Below, in pieces: positions 26,090 to 37,080 of a stretch of 40,612 nucleotides of DNA. The stretch is taken from sequence record MT446393.1; one strand, given 5' to 3'. Each line of letters opens with the position of its first letter. The first letter of the stretch is position 1. The translations under genes and the position numbers were made by a program. Source of the DNA: Escherichia virus TH16. The notes under the pieces are model-generated. The model saw nothing but the letters and a program-made list of their open reading frames with translations. It did no database searches and had not been told where the DNA came from.

Positions 26090-27653
26090 CTTGAGCCATG
26101 TCCTCACCAGCCCCCTGTCCTACAGCAGCACCCATGTTAGCACCAGCAGCAGACGCACCGTTGACCACAGCTCCTTGAGCGGATTGTTCAGCAATACGTT
26201 GCATCTTCTCGTCCTGAGTCAGCAGAAGACCAGCAGTATCAATGCCTAAGGCATTCAGCAGTCGCAGCTTCAGGGTCGGCAAGTTAATGTCTGGGTCCTG
26301 TTGCAGAGGCTGTAGACCTGTCATCATGTTGACTGCCTGAGTTAGCTTCTCCAAGTCCTGACCACGACCTAACGCTTCCAGACCAGTGGAGACAGTAGGC
26401 TCTACCGCTTCTTTCGGAAGGTCAGGAATCATGCCAGCAGACTGAAGTTGGTTCATCAGCACACGGACGATAGGTAACTGAAGCTCTTGGGATTGTACTG
26501 AGTACACACCACCTAAGGTCGCCTCCAGTTCGCCAGCAACATAACGAATCTCTTCAGCAGTGACCCGCTCGGCATTACGCTGAACGGCACTATTAAGAAG
26601 GAAGGCCCAGCCTAAACGTTGCTCGATAGCGTCAGCCACCGACTTTGCAATCGTAAAGTCCTGACCTTTCGTCAGTTGCAGGAAGTTGATGTCCTCGACG
26701 CGACCAGCCACGAACTCACCTGTAGCCGCCTTGTTCAGACGACGAGGTTGCGTGATACCGTTCGGGTTAACGAGGCCCACCACCTTGGAGGCTACCTTAG
26801 CCATTTTGGTGATAGCTTCTGTAATCGTCTCCAGCGAGTTCAGGTCTCCCAGATATTCCTCGCAATAAGAACGACCATAGTCTTCACCATCCAGTCGAAC
26901 CATTCGTACCGGGATGTATGGGCATGCAGTCAGTGGGTAGGAACCATCTGTCCCTGCTACCTCAATTCCTTCCACTTCCTCATATCGTAGATACTCGTCA
27001 TCCTGACGATAGATGTGCGTATACACTTCCAGCTCGGTGTCAGGCTCATAGTCTGCTGCGTTGAGTTGAGACTTCACGTCTTCCGGTAGAGCACTAAACG
27101 CTACCTTGTCGAGAGTCACAATCTGCAAGATATTACCGAAAGCATCACGTTGAACAACGTAGGACACTAAGCGGTACATTCGCATAGGACTGTAGGTTCC
27201 CTGTTCAGGCTCTGGAATGTAGAGCAGACAGTTACCGGAGACTATAAGCTGCTTCAGAGCTTCGAACAATGGCACACGGAAACTGTTGGTCTCCATGTAG
27301 GCCATCAACACACGCTCGACCATAGCAAGACCCTCGTCAACACGAGCAGCAGCCTCTGAGTCCTGACTCAAGGTCTTGGCCTCATATTCTGAGACTGTCA
27401 GTCGCATCCACGGTGACTGAGGGAATAACGCCAACATCAGCTTTGCAGCCAAGTTGTTCAAACAGCGAGCACCTACAGCTTGCCACGGCGTCACGTATTC
27501 CGTAGACGAGTTGTCGGACTCCTTAGGAAACAGTGACGGGATAGTGACAGCAGCACAGTTCTGAGCGCGTGTCTCATATGGCTGTCTACCGTTCTTCAGT
27601 CTATCATAGACTGCCTTCGCCCCTTCAGCAGCGAACCCTTCACGTTCAGCCAT
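26085..27653 (-). CDS. gp8: Head-to-tail connector (portal) protein (522 aa)
   Basis: Size and position match T7 gp8. Confidence 0.93.
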   Translation of the reverse strand: MAEREGFAAEGAKAVYDRLKNGRQPYETRAQNCAAVTIPSLFPKESDNSSTEYVTPWQAVGARCLNNLAAKLMLALFPQSPWMRLTVSEYEAKTLSQDSEAAARVDEGLAMVERVLMAYMETNSFRVPLFEALKQLIVSGNCLLYIPEPEQGTYSPMRMYRLVSYVVQRDAFGNILQIVTLDKVAFSALPEDVKSQLNAADYEPDTELEVYTHIYRQDDEYLRYEEVEGIEVAGTDGSYPLTACPYIPVRMVRLDGEDYGRSYCEEYLGDLNSLETITEAITKMAKVASKVVGLVNPNGITQPRRLNKAATGEFVAGRVEDINFLQLTKGQDFTIAKSVADAIEQRLGWAFLLNSAVQRNAERVTAEEIRYVAGELEATLGGVYSVQSQELQLPIVRVLMNQLQSAGMIPDLPKEAVEPTVSTGLEALGRGQDLEKLTQAVNMMTGLQPLQQDPDINLPTLKLRLLNALGIDTAGLLLTQDEKMQRIAEQSAQGAVVNGASAAGANMGAAVGQGAGEDMAQA

Positions 27654-27663
27654 TCGTCACCTC

Positions 27664-27912
27664 CTATATAGAAATACCGCCACCAGAGGTGCGAGAGACC
27701 TGAAGGCTACGCTTACCGGAACGCTTCACTTTCTTCTCGTCAGATGCGGTTGTTTCAGTATCCACATCCTCCACTTTGTCGTTCGGTACTTCCACTGGTG
27801 CTGCTGGGGTCTGAGCCTCAACAACCTTAGGCGCGTCATCAGAGCCAAGACCAACGGTCCCTAGCGTACTTTTCACCACTTTCTTGAATGCCTTACTGAT
27901 TGATTTACCCAC
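27664..27912 (-). CDS. gp7.3: gp7.3-like virion protein (82 aa)
   Basis: MGKSISKAFKK... and C-terminal SGGGISI resemble T7 gp7.3; GTG start with AAGGAG RBS. Confidence 0.75.
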   Translation of the reverse strand: MGKSISKAFKKVVKSTLGTVGLGSDDAPKVVEAQTPAAPVEVPNDKVEDVDTETTASDEKKVKRSGKRSLQVSRTSGGGISI

Positions 27913-28309
27913 GATTAATCTCCTTAGTTGTTACGATATCTACCGACCCGGAAACATGCTTGACACGAGAATACCAGCCAAGACCCCAACGCTTGCACTC
28001 TTCGTCTATGATGTGTCTGACAGTCTCAAGAACCTTGCGGGAGGACTGCGAGTCACGACGAATAGCGACGATTGAAAGGTCAAGACCGGGAGTCGGTCGG
28101 TGCCAAGATGCGGTAGCCAGCATGTAGAGATACGCTACTGGTTGACCTGAGACATCGTAGATTGTGTACTCTTCACCCGCGAACTCGTCAGCCATACGGT
28201 AAGTATGAGCCTTGAAGTCCTCGAATGACTTGAAGTTAGACTGCCCGTCTTCCCAGAGGCGACAAGCGCACATGTGGCGACCTTCGCGTGAGTTGAGATA
28301 TGGTAGCAT
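27905..28309 (-). CDS. gp7-position protein (134 aa)
   Basis: Position and size equivalent to T7 gp7; no sequence motif recognised. Confidence 0.45.
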   Translation of the reverse strand: MLPYLNSREGRHMCACRLWEDGQSNFKSFEDFKAHTYRMADEFAGEEYTIYDVSGQPVAYLYMLATASWHRPTPGLDLSIVAIRRDSQSSRKVLETVRHIIDEECKRWGLGWYSRVKHVSGSVDIVTTKEINRG

Positions 28310-28313
28310 TATC

Positions 28314-28538
28314 TTACCCCATGTTGACGCCAGAGGCTCGCATAGCGCGACTCACTGACGATTTATCTTTAGGTGCAGACTCCTTCTTAACCTTAAGGTC
28401 TTTGATACCTTTGGTCTCGTTTGTGTCCACATCCGATTCAGCCCCGATGTCAACTGACGCAACTTCCTCACTCAGAGGTGCTGGTTCAGGTGCTTGGACC
28501 GAAGGCTTCGGAGTGCTAATCTTTGGACTGAAACACAT
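28314..28538 (-). CDS. gp6.7: gp6.7-like protein (74 aa)
   Basis: MCFSPKI N-terminus as in T7 gp6.7. Confidence 0.7.
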   Translation of the reverse strand: MCFSPKISTPKPSVQAPEPAPLSEEVASVDIGAESDVDTNETKGIKDLKVKKESAPKDKSSVSRAMRASGVNMG

Positions 28539-28552
28539 AGTCCCTCCTACAG

Positions 28553-28825
28553 TTAATCAAACTGAACGGTATCTTTCAGCTCACGACGCATAGCAATCGC
28601 AGAGTCGAGAGTGTCAGAGCAATACTGGAGACCCTTGATGAACCCGGCAATGAACGCATCGCTGTAGCCTTGCTGCTTGAGGAGACTGATAGCTCCCATC
28701 TTCTCAGCGTAGCTTGCGTTGAACAATACGTGCAGGAACTGGATGGCAGACTGGGAGATGTTCGGGACATCGAGTCTTTCTTCCTGTAACTGCTTAACAA
28801 CGTTTTCAATAGCATTAATAGCCAT
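28553..28825 (-). CDS. Hypothetical protein (90 aa) in the gp6.5 position
   Basis: First gene downstream of the phi6.5-like promoter; ATG checked. Confidence 0.5.
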   Translation of the reverse strand: MAINAIENVVKQLQEERLDVPNISQSAIQFLHVLFNASYAEKMGAISLLKQQGYSDAFIAGFIKGLQYCSDTLDSAIAMRRELKDTVQFD

Positions 28826-28886
28826 CTTGAATCTCCTCTTTAAGTTAAGACTAAAGTCTATCTTATAGTCATATCTTAGGTCCTAA

Positions 28887-28909
28887 AGTCCCTATAGTGA
28901 TAGTTTAGT
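28887..28909 (-). promoter_or_regulatory. Phage RNAP promoter (phi6.5-like)
   Basis: Minus-strand ACTAAACTATCACTATAGGGACT. Confidence 0.75.
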
Positions 28910-29035
28910 GTTTCACCTATGGATGACTGTTGGATTGATAGGATATGACTATCGGTTAGACTCAGTGTTTAGGACGGTTGTTCGACCCGAACCACTTGTA
29001 CATGCAGTAAAGGGCCAGAAGTCCAGCCCAGTATA

Positions 29036-29905
29036 TTACATGGATGGTGTCCACAGGATGACCTCCTTGGACTTAGGGTCGTAGTCGGAGGCTCGACAAA
29101 TACGAGCTACCTGAGCTTGGACCAGAAGTTCCTCCTCGGTCATCCCAGCTTTAGCAGCCAGAGTCACCATGCAGTCCCACAGCGTCATGTCTTCACGCTT
29201 CGGATACTTCTTCCACTCCGTCTTAATCTGGCCTTTATTCTTGCCAGTCTTAAGCTCACGGCTCTCCTGCACGAAGTAGTACGGCTCGTCAAGGAACGCA
29301 CGAGTGGTGTCCTCACCCATCCCCGGAATGCCACCGTAGCCATCTGTAGTATCACCCTTGATGGTCTGCTCCATGTGCCAGTAGTCTGCCTCAGCAGTCG
29401 TATGACTTAGGATTTCACCAGTGGTTAACCAGAAGAACTCACAGTTCGGGATGGTCTTGAAGTCCTTATCACAGGACACTAGAACCGCATGGTCGCATCC
29501 GACAATCTGAGGTCTGGTCCCGATGATACCCATACAGTCATCACCCTCAAGCGTAGGACGCAGGAAGCTGTTGAACCGTGGGTCAGCCATCACTTCGGCT
29601 ACGAACTTCTTGTAACCTACAGGCTTGCGAGAACCTTTACGGTTGGCCTTATAGGTAGGCAGAACGTCCTTACGCCAGTTAGCGTCATCAGTGAAGCACA
29701 TCACAATCTTAGCGTATTTCCACGCCTTGCGCTTCTTAACGATTTCAGCGATGGTGTTCTCAAGGATACGACGAGCCTTGGCATGGTCGCAGATAAGGGT
29801 ATAAATATCATCACCCCAATCTGTCTCGTCCTCAGCAGCAGCCATAGATGAAAACACTAAGTAGTCACCATCCAGAACCAGAGCTATCTTCTTATTCGAA
29901 GTCAT
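29036..29905 (-). CDS. gp6: 5'-3' exonuclease (289 aa)
   Basis: Similarity to T7 gp6 (CDHAKARRILE, NWRK, YKANRK, CDKDFKTIPNC, LWDCM). Confidence 0.9.
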   Translation of the reverse strand: MTSNKKIALVLDGDYLVFSSMAAAEDETDWGDDIYTLICDHAKARRILENTIAEIVKKRKAWKYAKIVMCFTDDANWRKDVLPTYKANRKGSRKPVGYKKFVAEVMADPRFNSFLRPTLEGDDCMGIIGTRPQIVGCDHAVLVSCDKDFKTIPNCEFFWLTTGEILSHTTAEADYWHMEQTIKGDTTDGYGGIPGMGEDTTRAFLDEPYYFVQESRELKTGKNKGQIKTEWKKYPKREDMTLWDCMVTLAAKAGMTEEELLVQAQVARICRASDYDPKSKEVILWTPSM

Positions 29906-30344
29906 CGTCCAGACCTCCTGTAGCCATAGCGACCGTAGCTGGCATCAAGGAAACTTTCGGCTCCTCAATACGTTCGAGAGTCACCTCAGGCTTCAGCCAT
30001 TTGTGGGCGAACTCATGGGCCATGTCGTTGTCCTCTGAGTTTAGGTGTGACATCAGGCTCCAGAAGTTTGAAGAAATCTCACTCTCCTTCTCAACCTGGC
30101 GATATACTCCCCAGTCATTTACCTCTGAACCATGACTTTCACTCCACATACCACTGGCTACGATGGTAAGCCCGATGAATGGACGCCACTCATAGGCCTC
30201 AACTGGAGACTCGGCGTAGGACTCAACGTCCTTCTCAGTCAGGGTGAATGACCAAGAGGCGTAGAACTCATCGTACTTGCGGTGCTCCATATCACACTCG
30301 CCCATTTCAAGGATCAGCTCTTTCAGACTTTCAGGTATCTTCAT
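29892..30344 (-). CDS. Strongly acidic hypothetical protein (150 aa) in the position of T7 gp5.9
   Basis: Track ORF begins with GTG at 30398; ATG at 30344 has GGAGG RBS; about 32 Asp/Glu versus about 12 Lys/Arg. Confidence 0.55.
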   Translation of the reverse strand: MKIPESLKELILEMGECDMEHRKYDEFYASWSFTLTEKDVESYAESPVEAYEWRPFIGLTIVASGMWSESHGSEVNDWGVYRQVEKESEISSNFWSLMSHLNSEDNDMAHEFAHKWLKPEVTLERIEEPKVSLMPATVAMATGGLDDDFE

Positions 30345-30550
30345 AGACAGCCTCCATGTTGGTTCAGGAACTTGGTGCCAGCAGCGGTAATTTCCCACGC
30401 ACCGTTGTTACGCCCATCCATAGACAGGCAGCTTAGATGTCCACGACTCGCAGCCTCAGCCACAAGTGCAGCGTTGTTGCGCACATAGTTGGACTGGAAG
30501 GTCTTCGGGCAGGACTTAAGGGCCGCTAGGACCCGTAAGTATTCACTCAT
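30341..30550 (-). CDS. gp5.7: gp5.7-like protein (69 aa)
   Basis: Near-identical pattern to remembered T7 gp5.7 (MSEYL...AIKSCPKTFQSNYVRNNA.LVAEAASRGH). Confidence 0.85.
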   Translation of the reverse strand: MSEYLRVLAALKSCPKTFQSNYVRNNAALVAEAASRGHLSCLSMDGRNNGAWEITAAGTKFLNQHGGCL

Positions 30551-30831
30551 TGCTTGAACCCCACGCTGATATTAGAGATGGTGGCACCGTCTTCCGGCAG
30601 CTCATCTTTCAGCTTGGACGCCAGCACAGACTTCAGGTGCAGCTCAATGGCTGCTTCTACCCCGTGCTCTACGGCAGTCTCTACCAGCTTACGTGTCAGC
30701 CCATCCTGCTTCTCTCCAGCGATGTAACCCTTTGTCATCTCAACCAACTCCTGAGAGTAATACTCTACCTCATCTACCGTAAAGACAATCTTCAGGTCGA
30801 ACTTACAGGTCAGGCGTTTTGTCATAGCCAT
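30547..30831 (-). CDS. gp5.5: gp5.5-like protein (94 aa from the ATG)
   Basis: MAMTK start as in T7 gp5.5; AAGGAG RBS; track ORF begins upstream at 30888. Confidence 0.7.
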   Translation of the reverse strand: MAMTKRLTCKFDLKIVFTVDEVEYYSQELVEMTKGYIAGEKQDGLTRKLVETAVEHGVEAAIELHLKSVLASKLKDELPEDGATISNISVGFKQ

Positions 30832-31144
30832 TAGCTTTCTCCTTCTTAATAAGTTTGCGCTCACGGTTCGTCTTGATGACGTGATCACGCTTTGGAATAC
30901 ACTGTAGGTGTTCTACGTTACAGCACCCACGATTCAAACACAAATGGTCTATCTCATAGCCATCTGGTATAGGCCCACGCTTCTGTTCCCACACCCATCT
31001 GTGAAACATAAACGCCTTGCGTCCAGGCTTACGGGCAGAGCCTACCGTGTACCGAAAGTATCCATCATGGTTTCTACGATGTGATACACAGACGATACAT
31101 CCAGTAGGCATCTTATGGAAGCGTAAGGTTGCTACACCTCCCAT
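30803..31144 (-). CDS. HNH endonuclease (113 aa) directly after the DNA polymerase gene
   Basis: Cys-rich HNH core (CIVC ... IDHLCLNRGCCNVEHL ... RDH); AAGGAG RBS. Confidence 0.8.
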   Translation of the reverse strand: MGGVATLRFHKMPTGCIVCVSHRRNHDGYFRYTVGSARKPGRKAFMFHRWVWEQKRGPIPDGYEIDHLCLNRGCCNVEHLQCIPKRDHVIKTNRERKLIKKEKANGYDKTPDL

Positions 31145-31153
31145 CTTATCTCC

Positions 31154-33325
31154 TTAGTGACATTCGCGCCACGTAGGTCCTATCTTCCCCTCGGTGTCAA
31201 GCACACACTTGAACTGGTAGAACTCTCCAACCTCTCGCATTGTGGACTGCGCCACTCTAACGATGTCCTCGGCTATTTCCATAGTCCTTGCTGCAACCTG
31301 AACTTCGTCATGGACAAAAGCCATAATCGCAAAGTCACCATCCCAGCCATGCACGTAGCCTTTAGCTTCTAGGTTCCTCTCAAGCCAAGTGAACCACGTT
31401 TTACAGACTACCGCACCATCACCTTGAAGTAATGCGTTTAGTGCTGAGTGTGGAGACCGTATGTGGATACGGCGACCGTCAAGTCCACGCAACCAACGGC
31501 GTTTCCACTTAACGATGTTCTCTCCGTCCACCCACTTAGAGTCTGATATTAACGTATTACTAACAGCTTCCCTGAGGTCTTTGATGGCTGGTGTACCCTC
31601 AATGAATTTCTTCATGAGAGCTGAACCTTCCTTCTTACCGCCACCGACTATCAGTCCAATCTTAGCGGCCCCTGCACCATACAGGAACGCATAGATGAAC
31701 GTCTTAGCGTTGTTACGGAAAGCATCATGGTCGTGGTTCGACTTATCGCGTGGGACGTTAGGTGCTAACCCAGCGTTTACTGCGTTGGCCCAGTGGATGT
31801 CACCTTCGACCACAGTCTTCGCATAGGCACCACCGTCAAACGGAGCCGCTCGGTTCCCCAGACAACGAAGCTCAAGACCTGAGGCATCCACACCTACTTG
31901 AATCCAAGGGTCTGGCTTACCGTCATTCTTGTTCCAAGCTGCACCGAAAGCACCACGGCAAGTCTCACCATATGGAGCACCGTTAGCCGGGACTTGAGCC
32001 ATGTTTGGTGAATTATGAGTCGCACGTCCGGTTACTGCCCCACATGGGTTGATTGAACCGTGCATACGTCCGTCTGGACCTACAAGTTTCAACCATGCGT
32101 TCTTACCTTCAGCCGCCTGACCGATGCGCTTCTGGACTACCAGGTACTCACGGACCAGCTCTACGCAAGCCTGAGCCTCTGCGTCTGGCAACTTAACGTG
32201 TTCTAACGTCTCGTCATCGACTACAGGTTTACCGGTGTCAGTGAAGTCCACAGGCTCCCAACCACGCTCCATCAGGACTTTCGCTAAGTGGTCTCCGCTT
32301 CCCGGATTAAACTCAACGTAAGTGATAGGTGTGAACGGTGCTCCATCCATCGTGTCTCGTGAGTCGAACTCGCAAGGTTCAAGACCTAAGCGTTGAGCTT
32401 TGTTCTTCGGCTTCTTGAATACTGACCCGACCTTAGGATACACGACTCGTGGATACTTCGGAAGGTCCTTGCCTGTCCGTGGATGTCTGAAGAACTCCTT
32501 GCCTCCCTTTGGTGCGTACCAGCTACCGAAAGTCGAACGCAGCTTGTCCAGCAACTCTGCACGTTTGACGGTGAGTTCACGATATAAGCCTTCGACCATC
32601 TCGGTGTTCATCGGATAGCCGTTACGTTCCATCTTCGCACAGGTCCACGCAGCATCATGTTCCAGACGCAACGCATAAATCTGGTCGAAAGCGAACTGTT
32701 CAGACTGGAAGTAATACTTGTCAGTCAGGAACTTCTTGAACAACGCCAGTGTGACCACAACGTCTTGAACGTTATAGTCCAGCATCTCCTGAGACGGGAA
32801 CAACCATTCGTCACCCGACTTATATTCGATACCTTCCGCCTTGCACTTGGCAACGTAATCGTGTTTGTACTCACCTTTCATCTCACCGAGACGATAACCC
32901 CAAGCCTCAAGAGACTGACGTCCCATCATCTGAGGTGGCAGACGACCAGCTTTCACTGCGCCCATGTCTGAGAACTTAATGTTTGGATACATCAAGCGGC
33001 CCAGCACCAAGGTATCAATCATCTTGTGTTTCGGGAAGTTAAAACGTTTCCCAAAGTACATACGCTTCAGCTTGTCTATAGCCGGGACGTCATAGTTGAT
33101 ACCATTATGGAAGACAAGCATACCATCCGGTGATGCGGCAATCTCTTCCACCTTCTGCACATACTCTTTGAAGCCACCGACGATACCGACCATCGGAGCT
33201 ACCCCATACTTAAGGGTCTCATTCGACTCGGCGTTAATCAGGACCCCACAGTGAAACTGGGAGACTGTATCAAGGAGACCGTTGGTCTCGATGTCAGAAC
33301 CCCAGATACTATTAAGGTCAAACAT
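31154..33325 (-). CDS. gp5: DNA polymerase, family A (about 723 aa from the ATG)
   Basis: Similarity to T7 gp5 throughout (DIETNGLL, VFHNG.KYDVPA, KTFIYAFLYGAG, C-terminal GPTWRECH); GGAGGA RBS before the ATG at 33325. Confidence 0.95.
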   Translation of the reverse strand: MFDLNSIWGSDIETNGLLDTVSQFHCGVLINAESNETLKYGVAPMVGIVGGFKEYVQKVEEIAASPDGMLVFHNGINYDVPAIDKLKRMYFGKRFNFPKHKMIDTLVLGRLMYPNIKFSDMGAVKAGRLPPQMMGRQSLEAWGYRLGEMKGEYKHDYVAKCKAEGIEYKSGDEWLFPSQEMLDYNVQDVVVTLALFKKFLTDKYYFQSEQFAFDQIYALRLEHDAAWTCAKMERNGYPMNTEMVEGLYRELTVKRAELLDKLRSTFGSWYAPKGGKEFFRHPRTGKDLPKYPRVVYPKVGSVFKKPKNKAQRLGLEPCEFDSRDTMDGAPFTPITYVEFNPGSGDHLAKVLMERGWEPVDFTDTGKPVVDDETLEHVKLPDAEAQACVELVREYLVVQKRIGQAAEGKNAWLKLVGPDGRMHGSINPCGAVTGRATHNSPNMAQVPANGAPYGETCRGAFGAAWNKNDGKPDPWIQVGVDASGLELRCLGNRAAPFDGGAYAKTVVEGDIHWANAVNAGLAPNVPRDKSNHDHDAFRNNAKTFIYAFLYGAGAAKIGLIVGGGKKEGSALMKKFIEGTPAIKDLREAVSNTLISDSKWVDGENIVKWKRRWLRGLDGRRIHIRSPHSALNALLQGDGAVVCKTWFTWLERNLEAKGYVHGWDGDFAIMAFVHDEVQVAARTMEIAEDIVRVAQSTMREVGEFYQFKCVLDTEGKIGPTWRECH

Positions 33326-33348
33326 GGTTAATCCTCCGTTTAGTCTAA

Positions 33349-33398
33349 TCATAAAGGCCACTCGCTGTGAATGACCTTGAGTCTAGACCTAGAAGTCT
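33349..33398 (-). promoter_or_regulatory. Conserved hairpin element, candidate RNase III site (R4.7-like position upstream of the polymerase gene)
   Basis: Same conserved block as 9879..9926. Confidence 0.35.
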
Positions 33399-33552
33399 GT
33401 ACGCAAGAAGTGATACATAAACTTCCGGTTAGCTTTCTTCCATGCCTTAGAGTCGAACCTCTGGTCTCCCAGAATGTTGGACAGGCAGGTTGCTTCATCG
33501 CTCCACCATTTGTACATGAACCGATGGTAGCGAGCTTTAAGTTTCTTAAACA

Positions 33553-35311
<1,759 letters not shown>

Positions 35312-35318
35312 TCACTCC

Positions 35319-35414
35319 TTATCCAAGTTTACCGCAAAGGTATCCAATAAAACCTAACGTGAAAATGGCTAGCCCCGACAGAAATACCAGACCGTACCAA
35401 ACGTCTAACTCCAT
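35319..35414 (-). CDS. Small hydrophobic peptide ORF (31 aa) upstream of gp4, not in the ORF track
   Basis: AAGGAG RBS; the TAAGGAGTGACCAATG start context is duplicated at the gp4 start. Confidence 0.3.
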   Translation of the reverse strand: MELDVWYGLVFLSGLAIFTLGFIGYLCGKLG

Positions 35415-35464
35415 TGGTCACTCCTTAATCAATAATGCGAACAAAGGGACAAGACTCATGGTCT

Positions 35465-35487
35465 CATCCCTAAGGTGATAGTTTAGC
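35465..35487 (-). promoter_or_regulatory. Variant phage promoter (TAAGG in place of TATAG) upstream of gene 4
   Basis: Minus-strand CTAAACTATCACCTTAGGGATGA; two mismatches in the -4/-3 region. Confidence 0.4.
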
Positions 35488-35695
35488 TGAAGAAGACTTT
35501 CAGTTGCTCGGATTTCTTGTCAAGACCTTTGGCACGGAAACCAGCATCCAGAGACTTGATGCGTAGACTATCCGCTTCCGCAGCAGCCGCTTCCGCACCT
35601 TTAGCCGCAGCATCGGCGACTTTTCGTTCCACACTCGCAGCACGAGAGTAACCACGCACAACCAGACGACCCAGAAATTCGATAAACTTAATCAT
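35483..35695 (-). CDS. Hypothetical protein (70 aa) between lysozyme and gp4
   Basis: ATG start; Ala/Lys-rich helical sequence. Confidence 0.5.
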   Translation of the reverse strand: MIKFIEFLGRLVVRGYSRAASVERKVADAAAKGAEAAAAEADSLRIKSLDAGFRAKGLDKKSEQLKVFFS

Positions 35696-35709
35696 GTTAA
35701 TTCTCCTTA

Positions 35710-36168
35710 TTAGCCTCGGTCGGAAGTGACCAGTTCGTTAGTGTTCAGCCAGCGCTGCAAGTCAAAACTTGGGCAGGCCTTTGGTGCTACGTCGTGGTGA
35801 GCCTTGATGTCTGCCTGAGGATACAGGGACTTCAGGTCAGCCAGCTTGTTGCGCAGTGAGTTCATCTGGGCTCGAGTGAAGTTAGCTTCAAACTGACCCT
35901 TAGCGTTGATTCCACCTACAAGGCAGACGCCTACGGACTTGGAGTTCCAGTCCTTAACGTGTGACCCTACTACATTGACCGGGCGACCCTCTTGCACAGT
36001 GCCATCTCGCTTGATGATAAAGTGGTAGCCTACGTCCAGCCACCCCTGCTGCTTGTGCCACATGCGGATAGTGTCTACCCCGATGTCCTGAGACGGTTGG
36101 GTAGCACTACAGTGAACGAAGATAGCGTCAGTCCGGGACCGTGGTTTGAATTGAACCTTACTTACCAT
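35710..36168 (-). CDS. gp3.5: Lysozyme (N-acetylmuramoyl-L-alanine amidase) (152 aa)
   Basis: Near-identity to T7 lysozyme blocks (VQFK, TDAIFVHCSAT, WLDVGYHFIIKRDGTV, VAPKACPSFDL, NELVTSDRG). Confidence 0.95.
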   Translation of the reverse strand: MVSKVQFKPRSRTDAIFVHCSATQPSQDIGVDTIRMWHKQQGWLDVGYHFIIKRDGTVQEGRPVNVVGSHVKDWNSKSVGVCLVGGINAKGQFEANFTRAQMNSLRNKLADLKSLYPQADIKAHHDVAPKACPSFDLQRWLNTNELVTSDRG

Positions 36169-36628
36169 TGTACACCACCAGCTCTACTACGACCAGATTC
36201 AGATGTGACTGGAAGCGCTGTGCTTCAGTCGTGTGCATCTGGAGCAACTTATGGTTGAATACGTGAGAGTTGCTAATCTTCACGTACACTTCGTCAGGCT
36301 TACCGTGGACGATGAACGTCTGACCTACACCAATCTTGTTGATGGTCAGGACTTCACGTTTAACGGTGACAGGAGGGACACTTGAGGCTGGCAGGACTTG
36401 CGGTTTATCCTCTACGATTTCCTCAAGATTTTCTTTTAAAACCCACGCCCCCCACATACCGTCAGGCTGAGTGTCATAACCTGCTGCTCCGTGTTTATAG
36501 GAGCCACGCTCAGTGGATTCCACCAGAACAAATCCAGATGATGGTACAGGGTCTTTCTCACATTTCGTAACGATAGTACCTTTAGGCCACCCGTAGCCAC
36601 TAACCTTAAGTCTATATTTCTGAGTCAT
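36158..36628 (-). CDS. Orphan hypothetical protein (156 aa) between endonuclease I and lysozyme; no T7 counterpart
   Basis: ATG at 36628 with AAGGAG RBS (track start 36631 is GTG); no recognisable motif. Confidence 0.55.
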   Translation of the reverse strand: MTQKYRLKVSGYGWPKGTIVTKCEKDPVPSSGFVLVESTERGSYKHGAAGYDTQPDGMWGAWVLKENLEEIVEDKPQVLPASSVPPVTVKREVLTINKIGVGQTFIVHGKPDEVYVKISNSHVFNHKLLQMHTTEAQRFQSHLNLVVVELVVYNGK

Positions 36629-37080
36629 CACTTAACTCCTTTCTTCTTGGGGATGAGGATACCTGAAGGCAGACGTACAGTCGCCTCCCTCAGCCACTCA
36701 ACCGGGATAAACTTGTCGGCAAACTTAAAGCCGTTCTTTTCGCACCATGCACCATACGTGGTCGGAGATCCTTTGTATAGCTTGGAGCGGGAACTTGAGA
36801 ACACGAACCTAATGTCTAGCTCTGGGTGCTGTTCTCGTACCAGAAGGTGCTTCTTACGGTCATCACTATCGAAGATGCCTTTGGTCTCCACGATGATACC
36901 GTTAGGAAGGATAAAATCTGGTGTGTACTTGTGGTCGGAAGCCGGAATCACATAGTTGATATAATGGCTTTCGTACTCCGCTTTTACGCCGTTCTGTTCC
37001 AGCCACTGCTGGTTCTTGGCTTCAAGTCCAGAGCGGTAGGCACCCACAGAGTGCCCCCGTTTTGCAGACCATTGGGCCAT
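36628..37080 (-). CDS. gp3: Endonuclease I (Holliday junction resolvase) (150 aa)
   Basis: Similarity to T7 gp3 (YVIPAS.H.YTPDF.LPNGI.VETKG, DDRKKHLL.REQHPELDIR.VFSSSR.KLYKGSPT). Confidence 0.95.
   Translation of the reverse strand: MAQWSAKRGHSVGAYRSGLEAKNQQWLEQNGVKAEYESHYINYVIPASDHKYTPDFILPNGIIVETKGIFDSDDRKKHLLVREQHPELDIRFVFSSSRSKLYKGSPTTYGAWCEKNGFKFADKFIPVEWLREATVRLPSGILIPKKKGVK

Noticed and set aside
28576-28815. Alternative-frame 79-aa ORF nested in the gp6.5-position gene
   Set aside because: Fully nested in another frame of a better-supported ORF, with Ser-rich low-complexity translation.
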